A stretch of DNA of 64,000 nucleotides from Macrostomum lignano (lineage: Eukaryota): positions 19,161-83,160 of the forward strand of contig NIVC01003680.1 in assembly GCA_002269645.1 (NCBI GenBank). Reading direction: 5' to 3'. The notes beneath the pieces are model-generated. The model saw only the letters and a list, made by a program, of their open reading frames with translations, was not told the origin of the DNA and did not search any database. Made by a program: the position numbers and the translations under genes. How positions within the stretch are numbered: the first letter of the stretch is position 1; each line of letters opens with the position of its first letter. Positions 41,301 to 52,699 of this stretch are shown here, piece after piece.

Positions 41301-44300
41301 CTATTTCTGGTTGCTAGGGTTCTATTTCTGTTGGTCGCTAGGGTTTTTTTCTGGTTGCTAGGGTTCTATTTCTGGTTGCTAGGGTTCTATTTCTGGTTTC
41401 TAGGGTTCTATTTCTGCTGGTTGCTAGGGTTCTATTTCTGGTGGTTGCTAGGGTTCTATTTCTGCTGGTTGCTAGGGTTCTTTCTCCGGTTGCTACGGTT
41501 CAGTTCCGGGTTGCTAGTGTTCAGTTCCTGGGTACTAGTGTTCAGTTCCGGGTTGCTAGTGTTCAGTTCCGGGGTACTAGTGTTCAGTTCCGGGGTACTA
41601 GTGTTCAGTTGTCAGTTGCCCCTTGTTAATCTATAATCCAGGTTGACGTGTGCGGCAGTGTGATGACGCTGAGCCCCGGCTGTCTGGCCCCCTGCCCGCC
41701 ACAGTCCGGCGGCATTAACTTCAATGGCGGCGGCGCTGCTTCCAGCGGCTCGTCGTCGGGTGGCGCCGCCGGCGTCTCGTCGGCTTCGGGCAGCGGCGGC
41801 GGCGTGCCCGACTCGCCGCAGTCTGGTGAGCGGCTGTCGAACCTGTTGAAGAAGCTATTCCAAGAGCATGTCGGCGGCTGCGGCAGCGGCGGAGGCGCCG
41901 GCGGCGGCAGCGCGGATGGCAGCGGTGACGGCCAAGTCATTGATCCGAGCGAAGAGCTGGTGAAAGCGGCGGCTAACGGTGATCTGTCCCGGCTGCAGGA
42001 GCTGCTGGGCGCTGGACGATCGTCGGCTTCGTCCTCGCCGCAGCGGCAGCAGCAACGTGCAGTCTCGGCGGCTCCTACAGCTGATGCGAACGCCATCTAC
42101 GCTGGTCACACGGCGCTGCAGGCAGCGTCGCAGAACGGCCACATTGCTGCCGCACGGCTGCTTATCGATCGGGGCGCCAATCTTCAGGTAAAACTTTCTT
42201 AATGCTTCCAAATCCAGATTTTCTCACTTAGTAACGGATTGTGTTTCATCTGACATTGTCTGATCCATCTGACGACACAGTGTGTTCCTTCTGACACAGT
42301 ATGTTCCAACTTATCTCGTCTGCTATGTTGTGCCCGACACCCTGGAAAGACTGTATCTGATAACACCGACAGAAGACTGTCAAATGGAACAGACTGTGTC
42401 AGATGGAGCAGACTGTCAGGGTGTCAGACTGGAATAGAACAGACTGTGTCAGATGCAGCAGACTGTCAGGGTGTCAGACTGGAACAGAACAGACTGTGTC
42501 AGATGCAGCAGACTGTCAGGGTGTCAGACTGGAACAGAACAGACTGTGTCAGATGGAGCAGACTGTCAGGGTGTCAGACTGGAACAGAACAGACTGTGTC
42601 AGATGGAGCAGACTGTCAGGGTGTCAGACTGGAACAGAACAGACTGTGTCAGTTGGAGCAGACTGTCAGGGTGTCAGACGGAACAGAACAGACTGTGTCA
42701 GATGGAGCAGACTGTCAGGGTGTCAGACGGAACAGAACAGACTGTCAGATGGAGCAGACTGTCAGGGTGTCAGACTGGAACAGAACAGACTGTTTCAGTT
42801 GGAGCAGACTGTCAGGGTGTCAGACGGAACAGAACAGACTGTCAGGGGTCAGACTGGAACAGAACAGACTGTCAGGGGTCAGACTGGAACAGAACAGACT
42901 GTTTCAGTTGGAGCAGACTGTCATCTGAGCCCCCATACACCATTTCGAATGAATCACGATTTTTTTCATTAATTTTCGAAGGCCGAAGATCGCGACGGCG
43001 ACCAGGCTGTTCACCACGCCGCATTCGGCGACCAGGCCGAGCTGGTCCGCCTGCTGCACCGACGCGGCGCCGATATCAATGCGCGCAATCGCCGACGCCA
43101 GACGCCGCTGCACATAGCCGTTAATAAAGGCCACGCCGGCGTTGTCCTGGCCCTGCTAGCCTGCGGCGCCCTGCCCAGCCTGCAGGACGCGGACGGGGAC
43201 ACGCCGTTGCACGACGCTGTTTCTAAACGACGCGAAGACGTTCTGGCTCTGCTGCTTGAGCACGGTGCAGACTTGAGCGTGTGCAACAATGACGGATTCA
43301 ACGTGCTGCATCATACAGCTCTGCGCGGCAATCCAGCGTAAGTATTGCGTATAATTTGCTTTTTTCCTACTTAAAGTAGTGTAAATTTGATATGAATAGA
43401 TTCTAGTTAGTAAAATTCCAATTAGTAATCCACCACTTGGAATGGTGGAGCATTTTTCATATTTAGTCAGCAAACTCCGGCCCGCTTAAGGTTCGTGTCT
43501 CTTCTCTCTCTCTCATCTCTCTCATCTACTCTCATTAGCCTGAGGAAAAATATAAAGTAATTCGAAATATCGATATATCGGCACTTATTTTGCTTAAACA
43601 TCTACGTTACCGCATCAGTGCATTGGGGTCTGAGGGTTATTCTTCCCTCTCTCCACTCTCATCTTTCATCTCTACTACGTCTTCCTGTGCGGATGTATAG
43701 AGGAGCTGTGAAATGAATAGCCACAAAATCCCTATTTTGAAACCGCATGGAAACTAGTCCGCTGTTTCCATGCGGTTTCTAAGGGGGGAGGGGAGTAGGG
43801 GGGCAAGTTATGGTTCTCTCTAATGGGAGCGGGTTGGGGAAAGCGTTGCTTAATGGCTTCCGCGCTGCTGTTGCTGCCCGTCTCGGTTCGAATCGAGCCG
43901 GTTTCTGGCGGGTTAGGCTGGCGATCGGGGTTCATAATATATGCGCGCTTGTGTGTGGGCGTCCTTATCGGCACTGGTGCAGCTAGCCCAGCAACTGGCT
44001 GCATGCCTTCGTACGCATAAATAAAAATATATATATATATAGCTTTTGTATAGATCAGCTATGCGCAAGATTGCTGCTATGCTAACTGACTGATGAAGCT
44101 CTGAAGCTGCAGTTGCTATGGCCCGTCATTTTATTCTCCTATCTACAAATGATGACTAAGATAGCTGGCTTTCTCTTTCAAGTGTTACTGGGGGGCTTCA
44201 ACTAGTAATTGATGGCCATGCAGTCACCCTAAAGTTTTTCGGGTTAAGTAGGAAGGATAGGAAGGATCCTAGTAGGAAGGATAGTAGTAGGCCTTGTAAA

Positions 44301-44915
44301 TGATTACGTAATAATGTTCGATTTTTCTATCAGGGGACGCCTTGCTGCCGATGATGCAATCGCTTTATTGATAAATCAAGCAGGCATTGCTTCTGGCCTG
44401 GGTAGCAAGATAAAATGTTTGTTTCGCTCGCAAAGAGCAATCTCTTGTAGCTGTTATCCGGTCTACAAGAGCCTAGTGGGTCAATTCATATCGCATGCAA
44501 TTTGTTTCCAAATGCCTGTAGAATTTACCCGGGCGGCCCGAGATCTAGCTGATCAGGGTAGCTAAGGGATGATTTTTCCTCAATAATCCCTTTAGGAACT
44601 CTAATCAAAGGAAGGAATCCCATTCTCTCAGCGCCGTGTTGCGCCAGGGTCAAGCGCAGGCTTCCTACAAATCTTGCTATTATCCACTACCTAACCCAAC
44701 ACATGCGCTTATTCGTTGTCCGGCGTGTGCTAGACTGTCGGCTTGGCACACGCAGATGTGTATTGGAGATAGGAGCATTGATAGCGGTAACCGAAATGTG
44801 CAAATATTCCGGGCCCGAGGCTGTGGCGTATGGAATGACTAAGGAGAAGGCTGCGGAGTGGGGGGGTGGCTCCTGCCCCGGGAAAGATGCCGCCTCTAGG
44901 GAAAAAGGAATGGAC

Positions 44916-44954
<39 letters not shown>

Positions 44955-47900
44955 AAGGGAGGTGGGCACGGAGGGCGCTGGCATGCTTAATGAACGAATG
45001 CGCGAGCGGGCGAGTGCGTGATGAAGCAGCTGTGGTGGCTGCGGCTGCTGCTGCGAATTTTCGGGCTTAGGCGGCGGGAGGGGGAGTTCTGTCGGTCGGT
45101 GCGATTTCTGGACACAGTTGCGAGAGATCCTGATAGACGCATACTCTCAGCTATAGCTCCCATTTTCCTATTCCTCATCTCGTCCGCTTGCTCGTCCCGA
45201 ATCCCGTCCGAATGCCCCCGATCCCCTTTTATCGATCTGCGCGCGGCCTTCGCTCGCCCCCCTCTCTCTCTGCCTCTGTCTTCCCTTCTTTCGGATCGTA
45301 GCCTTCCCTTCGCCGTCGATCCCCAATCTGCATATCCATCAAGTTTTGCTGCTTCAACATTGGGCTCTCTGCTTGCTGCTAGGCCGGGTAGCTAACTGGC
45401 TTCCCAAATTCGGCCGATGCTAATTTTTGCTCCCCTACAGCTAGCGTCTGGCCTAATCCCCACTGTATGTTATCCTCCACTTAGATGCATACAAGAACAA
45501 AAGCATGCCGGGTCTCTCGTGTTGATGATCGAAGTTACACAAAGAACATACTTCTTTACATTCCATGGCTTGCTGAATGCTGGGCCCGAAACTCAAAGCA
45601 ACAGTAGATATTGTAGCTCAAATAAGGGAACAAAATTCGTGACTATAATTGGCCGCGAATTGTCCCCTATCTGGACTACTCTATCCAGCTTGAGTTGTCG
45701 GGCTATTTAAAAAAAGAACTTCCGAGCTTCGCAAGCGAAGGTTTGGTTCGGAAAATTCTCTTACAGCTGGCCGCATGTCTATGCAAAGAAGCATGGTCCC
45801 GTGGTAACGATTCCAAACTGCTGAAGGCAAAAAATGGGCTTAGCTTATAAGTAAGACGGACCGCGAGCGCTGAAGTGGCACCGGCCGGGTTGCTGGTGCC
45901 GCTTTTATACTTTCGAACTGTGGGGAGGGGGGCTGATATTCGAGGAAACGAAGGGGGGTGATGGGGTTGAGGCTGAGGGGCTTTGGTATTGGGGATCCGC
46001 GCCCCAGCTTAGGTTCTGCCTATTTATTGCGTCTAGCTGCATGGCAGGCTATGGCCGTCGCTTTGTCGAAACGCAAAAACGCGTTGGGAAGAGGAACTTG
46101 GGAGAGGGATAGGAGTGATGGGGTCCATTGCGCCGTGGGGGGGGGGATGGGGAAGTTTAGGAATGAATCGGCAGCAGAGGTAGGCAAAGGTAGAGCGGCA
46201 GTTTGTGGGTCAGCGGGGCATTCAGCAAAGGCCATCACCCATCCCGTGCGAGGATCCACCCTGCACCCCAAGGGGAAAGGGGCTCGCTTTCTCCCCATAT
46301 TCCCCAGCTGCATTTATGATGCCATTCACCCTGGCTGGGGCTGGGGGTGTTCGCGGGGAAAAGGTTAGGCTTCGGATCCGTCTTGTAGCATCTGCTTTTG
46401 GAATTCTTTCTATTCTGTGGAACTGCTGCTGCTGCTGATTCACGCGGGTCTGGGGATGCGGCTGCGCTAGCGGACAAAGACGACAGACAGAAATGAGGAA
46501 GCAAAAAAAGAGAGAGTAATGAGGGAATGCGCTTTGCTGCAGTGCTTGTGCCCGGTCCTAGCCTTACCTTCCTATTGCCGTGCTGCCGCTTCTGACCGAC
46601 TTGTCTAGCGTGTATTTTCGCCAAATCTGATATTATGGCTATGCTATGCGAGCTCACAGTTATATGTGTTGCTCTGGATGAGCCCTCCTGCTCGTTCTCC
46701 CTCCCTTGCATCCCATTGGATGGAGTCGGGGAAAATTCGTCGGTCTCTTCCTCTTTACCCTAGCACGAACTCTCGTTCCATTCCAACCCTCTAGTCCTGC
46801 ACTCTGTTTTTTATCTAACTTTTCCCTGTTTGCAGGGCGATGAAGATCCTGCTGACTAAACTGCAGCGGCAATGGCTAGTTGATGAGCGAAAAGACGATG
46901 GCTATACAGCCTTGCATCTGGCCGCTTTGAATAATCATCTGGAGGTGTGCGAACTGCTCGTACAGCTCGGCGGGGCCTGTCTGGACACACAGAATGTCAA
47001 TATGCAGGTACGCATTGAGTAAGCTCTGCGTGACTGGGAGGCCTGCTGACTGCCGACAGACAGAACACAAAAACCACCAGTAGGACACAGCTACCAAGAC
47101 AGGACACAGGCACTAAGGCAGTGGGACACAGACACCAAGACAGGACACAGGCGCTAAGGCAGTGGGACACAGACACCAAGACAGGACGCAGGCGCTAAGG
47201 CAGTGGGACACAGACACCAAGACAGTAGGACACGCAGACACCAAGGCAGAAGGACACAAAGACACCAAGACAGTAGGACACGCAGACACCAAGGCAGAAG
47301 GACACAAAGACACCAAGACAGTAGGACACAAAGACATCAAGACAGTAGGACACAAAGACATCAAGACAGTAGGACACAAAGACATCAAGACAGTAGGACA
47401 CAAAGACACCAAGACAGTAGGACACAAAGACACCAAGACAGTAGGACACAAAGACATCAAGACAGTAGGACACAAAGACATCAAGACAGTAGGACACAAA
47501 GACATCAAGACAGTAGGACACAAAGACATCAAGACAGTAGGACACAAAGACACCAAGACAGTAGGACTCAAAGACATCAAGACAGTAGGACACAAAGACA
47601 CCAAGACAGTAGGACACAAAGACACCAAGACAGTAGGACTCAAAGACATCAAGACAGTAGGACACAAAGACACCAAGACAGTAGGACACAAAGACACCAA
47701 GACAGTAGGACTCAAAGACACCAAGACAGTAGGACACAAAGACACCAAGACAGTAGGACGCAGACACTAAAACAGTAGTAAAGAGACACCAAGACTGTAG
47801 GACACAGACACCAAGACATTAGGACAAAAGGACAGTCTTTAAAATAGACAGACAGACAAGCTGACATACTCGCACTGCATCCCCCATCCCAGACCCCGCT

Positions 47901-48831
47901 GCACCTGGCCGTGGAGCGCCAGCACGCCCAGGTGGTTCGTCTGCTGGTCCGCGAAGGCGCCAGCGTCAGCGTCCGCGACAAAGACGGCGACACGCCGTTG
48001 CACGAAGCTCTGCGGCATCACACGCTGTCGCAGCTGCGCCAACTGCAAGACATGCAAGACGTTGGCAAATTGCTGATGGGACTCGGCTTAAACAGCGGCG
48101 ACAAAAAATCCCTGGCCTCCATCGCCTGCTTCCTGGCGGCCAACGGTGCCGACCTGACCCTGAAGAACAAGAAGGGCCAGACGCCGCTGGACCTGTGCCC
48201 GGATCCCAACCTGTGCAAGGCTCTGTCAAAGTGCCAGCGCGAGCACAGCGCCCGAGTAGCCTCAACCTCCGCTGCCGCATCCTCAGGCGCCGACGAGTGC
48301 CTGGTCTGCTCCGAGCCGCGCGACTGCCTATTCGGACCCTGCGGCCACGTGGCCTGCTGCTGCCTGTGCGCCGCCCGCGCTAAGAAGTGCCTCATCTGCA
48401 AGGAGCCAATCACTAGCCGGGCCAAGATTGAAGAGTGCCTAGTGTGCAGCGACCGGCCAGCGGCTGTGCTGTTCCGGCCGTGCGGTCACATGTGCGCCTG
48501 CGAAGGCTGCGCCGGTGAGTGCGCAAATTTCTGTTTATGGCCCTAAAAAGGGCCGTTTTGAAATTTTAAGCAAGATTTTTTAGATTTTGTCTGTGCGCAA
48601 ATCCCAGGCAAAACAGACTAAAATTATCCTGGTAGATCAGATGAAAAGTCGCTATTTCTGCAATAGTTAAGCAATAAGAAAATTAATTACACGCGACGGT
48701 CAGTTCACGATTTTCTGTGGCCCTGAAAAGGGCCGTTTTTTACTTTTTAAGCAACTTATTAAACTATTGGTGAACTTCAGTTAGAGTATAATACTCGAAT
48801 CTGTTAAATCAGTAGAAAAAGTAGATTTATT

Positions 48832-48889
<58 letters not shown>

Positions 48890-49549
48890 ATGGCCGTTAA
48901 AAGGGTCGTTTTAGATGTACAAAAAACAACGCCAACGCTGTACCTACAGTTAATGCTGCATCTATTGAGTGAGGAGATTATGTTTGTATTGTTAATTAAC
49001 TTAACTCTTTTTCACCCCCGCATCGCAGGCCTGATGAAGAAGTGCGTGCAGTGCCGGCAGCCTATTCAAGAATCCGTGCCCTACGGCGTCTGCTGCGCCG
49101 AGCACCTGTTTGGCATTGAAAAATCTGCTGCTGGCTCTACTTCCGCTGCTTCTACTGCTTCCGCTGCAGCTGCTTCGAACTCTTCTTCTTCCGCAGTTTC
49201 TTCCTCTACCGCGGCAGCAGTTTCAGCAGCTTTGAATTCCGCCACAGCGTCTGCCTCGACGTCCCAGCCAGCTGCCGCCGCCGCCGCCGCCGCCGGTCCG
49301 CCGCGAAACCGTCAGCAGGGCATGATGAACAATGGGCAGCCGGATCAGACTGCCACGCTGCGCGAGATGCAGAAGATTCAACAGCAATTGTTGGACATTC
49401 GCGAACAGACCAGCTGTCCGGTGTGTCTGGACAGGCTGAAGAACATGGTGTTCCTGTGCGGCCACGGCACCTGTCAGCACTGCGGCGACCAGATGACAGT
49501 CTGTCCGATCTGTAGGAAGCCTATAGAACGGCGGGTACTGGTGTACTGA
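38391..49549 (+). CDS. mib1: E3 ubiquitin ligase mind bomb 1, 7 exons (38391-39123, 40191-40801, 41642-42187, 42982-43337, 46836-47007, 47893-48514, 49029-49549), about 1186 aa
   Basis: MIB/HERC2-ZZ-MIB/HERC2 ([10 protein letters not shown]...[18 protein letters not shown]), two MIB repeats, ankyrin repeats ([16 protein letters not shown]) and three RING fingers ending [24 protein letters not shown]. Exon lengths sum to 3561 nt with consistent phases. The exon 2 donor GTTCGG is weak, and the start could be a downstream Met. Confidence 0.95.
39230..40030. repeat. 23-bp minisatellite with 46-bp dimer structure (MIB1 intron 1)
   Basis: Alternating CCACCTCAATAATCTCCCTCTAG and CCATCTCAGTAATCTCCCTCTAG. 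Confidence 0.95.
40860..41075 (+). mobile_element. tRNA-derived SINE related to family A (MIB1 intron 2)
   Basis: TAGCTCAGCGG A box, GGTTCGATTCC B box, and a shared central block GCCGCTGTACAC(T)CCTGTGTGAG...CTCAGGG...GCGGAAT(C/G)GGCA. Confidence 0.65.
41065..41615. repeat. 21/24-bp minisatellite CTGGTTGCTAGGGTTCTATTT
   Basis: About 25 units; source of the LVARVLF ORF. Confidence 0.95.
42375..42925. repeat. ~50-bp composite minisatellite (MIB1 intron 3)
   Basis: Unit CAGACTGTCAGGGTGTCAGACTGGAACAGAACAGACTGTGTCAGATGGAG. Confidence 0.93.
47070..47830. repeat. 24-bp minisatellite GACAGTAGGACACAAAGACA(C/T)CAA (MIB1 intron 5)
   Basis: About 30 units between the GTACGC donor and CCCAG acceptor. 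Confidence 0.96.
48832..48888. repeat. Short (GATA)n microsatellite (MIB1 intron 6)
   Basis: About 14 units. Confidence 0.95.
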
Positions 49550-49837
49550 TGGGATTTAGATTAATATATAAACCATTATCTGTTGCTATGCGACTTTTCA
49601 CGCATTACTGTACCCTGATGGTTAACCCAATTCTAGACCTCATTATTGTGCCATTGTGTTTCAATTGTAGCTTTATAATTTTTATTATGATTTACATGCT
49701 GCTCGGCTAGTTAGGAGTACGAGTGGCGAAATTAAAGTAGACCATCTGCTTAGGGATTTCAGTGAAAATTTTCAGACTTCGATTTGATTATTAGCGAATC
49801 GCAAAGTTTTTCCCGTAGTCTCTCGAGTAGGGTCAAC

Positions 49838-50215
49838 AAGGGTCAGTTGACCCCCATCCGGGAAAGTCGGGAGGGTCAGTTGACCCCCCATCCAGGAAAG
49901 TCGGAGGGTCAGTTGACCCCCCCATCCAGGAAAGTCGGAGGGTCAGTTGACCCCCATCCGGGAAAGTCGGGAGGGTCAGTTGACCCCCCATCCGGGAAAG
50001 TCGGAGGGTCAGTTGACCCCCATCCGGGAAAGTCGGGAGGGTCAGTTGACCCCCCATCCGGGAAAGTCAGAGGGTCAGTTGACCCCCATCCAGGAAAGTC
50101 AGAGGGTCAGTTGACCCCCATCCGGGAAAGTCGGAGGGTCAGTTGACCCCCCCTGAAAGTCAGAGGGTCAGTTGACCCCTCATCCGGGAAGGTCGGAGGG
50201 TCAGTTGACCCCCCT
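49838..50215. repeat. ~32-bp minisatellite with internal palindrome GGGTCAGTTGACCC
   Basis: About 12 units of AGGGTCAGTTGACCCCCATCCGGGAAAGTCGG. Confidence 0.94.
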
Positions 50216-50769
50216 TCCAGGAGAAAGTCCTCGGGAGATAAATTTAAATGCACCAAGCTGGCTCCATTAACAACAATTATTCGTAAACATGGAATGCTTC
50301 TTGGCATTACGGTGTTTAAATGCTTTCAAAATTACCTCTGCTAGATAGTAGACCAGCTATTGTCACTTGATATACGAGTATTTAAGTATAGAATATCTTT
50401 CCCCACATATATAACTAAGATTTGCTGGCTATAAACTATTACGAATTTTCATTTCGTTTAGCGGCCTTTGTTGTATGTTTATTTCTGTTACTCATTTTGT
50501 CTTCTAACTCTGTTATGATGAAACTGCCTGCTATAACTGTTCACAGCACCAACTACCCCACTGTCTCTTTCTGTTTTGTTTTGTCTTTTCCTTCTATTTA
50601 ATATAAATGGATTATTCTAACTACCATATTGAATAACTGACCCTTCGTGACACTTCTTGCTTGCTTGACAATTGATTCGACAAATAAAAATAATCTGTTA
50701 ACGTGCTCACATACTACTCTTCAACAATGTACTTTTGCTTGTGTTAATTTTTGAAAAAAATCAGAGTTT

Positions 50770-51962
50770 GAAAATCCCAGTTCATAGCTCTAATCCTAAT
50801 TCATAGCTAAAATCCCAGTTCATAGCCCGAATCCCAATCCCAGTTCATAGCTCGAATCCCAGTTCATAGCTCGAATCCCAATCCCAGTTCATAGCCCGAA
50901 TCCCAATCCCAGTTCATAGCCCGAATCCCAATCCCAGTTCATAGCTCGAATCCCAGTTCATAGCCCGAATCCCAATCCCAGTTCATAGCTCGAATCCCAG
51001 TTCATAGCTCGAATCCCAATCCCAGTTCATAGCCCGAATCCCAATCCCAGTTCATAGCTCGAATCCCAGTTCATAGCTCGAATCCCAATCCCAGTTCATA
51101 GCCCGAATCCCAATCCCAGTTCATAGCTCGAATCCCAGTTCATAGCCCGAATCCCAATCCCAGTTCATAGCTCGAATCCCAGTTCATAGCTCGAATCCCA
51201 ATTTAAAAATCCCAGTTCATAGCCCGAATCCCAATCCCAGTTCATAGCTCGAATCCCAGTTCATAGCTCGAATCCCAATCCCAGTTCATAGCTCGAATCC
51301 CAGTTCATAGCTCGAATCCCAATTTAAAAATCCCAATTCATAGCTCGAATCCCAATTTACAAATCCCAGTTCATAGCTCGAATCCTAATTTACAAATCCC
51401 AGTTCATAGCTCAAATCCTAATTTACAAATGCCAGTTCAAAGCTCGAATCCCAGTTCATAGCTCGAATCCCAATTTAAGAATCCCAGTTCAAAGCTCGAA
51501 TCCCAGTTCATAGCTCGAATCCCAATTTAAAAATCCCAGTTCAAAGCTCGAATCCCAGTTCATAGCTCGAATCCCAATTTACAAATCCCAGTTCATAGCT
51601 CGAATCCTAATTTACAAATCCCAGTTCATAGCTCGAATCCTAATTTACAAATCCCAGTTCATAGCTCGAATCCTAATTTACAAATCCCAGTTCATAGCTC
51701 GAATCCCAGTTCATAGCTCGAATCCCAATTTAAAAATCCCAGTTCAAAGCTCGAATCCCAGTTCATAGCTCGAATCCCAATTTACAAATCCCAGTTCATA
51801 GCTCGAATCCTAATTTACAAATCCCAGTTCATAGCTCGAATCCTAATTTACAAATCCCAGTTCATAGCTCGAATCCCAGTTCATAGCTCGAATCCCAATT
51901 TAAAAATCCCAGTTCAAAGCTCGAATCCCAATTTTTAAATCCCAGTTTATAGCTCGAATCCC
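50770..51962. repeat. 19/25-bp minisatellite AATCCCAGTTCATAGCTCG
   Basis: About 1.2-kb array ending about 35 bp upstream of the RPL35 ATG. Confidence 0.96.
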
Positions 51963-51998
51963 ATTTTATCCGTCTGCATCACCCTATGCCACGTCGCC

Positions 51999-52376
51999 AT
52001 GGTCAACAAAAGGGAATCAGCCAAGAAGCTGCGCGCCAAAACCAAGTCTGAGCTTGAGAAGCAGCTCACCGATCTCAAGCAGGAACTGTCCACTCTGCGC
52101 GTTGCCAAGGTGACCGGCGGCGCCGCCTCCAAGCTGGCGCAGATCCGGCTGGTGCGCAAGTCCATCGCCAGGGTGCACACGGTCACGCACCAGCAGCAGA
52201 AGGAGCACCTGCGCCGATTTCACAAGAATGCTAAGCAGCTGCCTAAGGATCTCAGGGCGAAGAAGACTCGCGCTCTACGTCGCGCTCTGACGCCGCGCGA
52301 GGCCGGCGCCACTAGCGCCAAGCAGCAGAGAAAGGCGCGCGCTTTCCCAATGCGCCGGTTCGCGGTGAAGGCCTGA
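51999..52376 (+). CDS. rpl35: 60S ribosomal protein L35 (uL29), intronless and divergent
   Basis: [34 protein letters not shown]...[12 protein letters not shown]...FAVKA* is the uL29/L35 signature; intact 125-aa ORF. Confidence 0.95.
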   Translation: MVNKRESAKKLRAKTKSELEKQLTDLKQELSTLRVAKVTGGAASKLAQIRLVRKSIARVHTVTHQQQKEHLRRFHKNAKQLPKDLRAKKTRALRRALTPREAGATSAKQQRKARAFPMRRFAVKA

Positions 52377-52699
52377 GCAACTGGCTTGGAGTCTGCTGAA
52401 AGGATGATGAAAACTGGGAGACAATATTTGAGAAAGCGATTGAAATATACAGTCAAAAATGCATTGTGCATTGCTTTAGCATGCTTTCGTTTGGAATATT
52501 TCTCTTTTGTTTTTGTTTGTTTTCCTTTGACTTTAGGCGATTGTAAATATTTGATTAGCTTTTGATTGAAGAATGCGAGGTTAGAGTTTGTGGACATCCG
52601 TTGGCTTTTGGTCCTCTACGAGAGCCTTCGATACCCATAAATATACCTTTAGATACCCCTGCTAGGATATCCTTGCATACCCTCCCGTGCCCCTCAAGA

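Noticed and set aside
40941-47778. Repeat ORFs in MIB1 introns ([25 protein letters not shown])
   Set aside because: All lie inside introns defined by the well-supported MIB1 exon chain.
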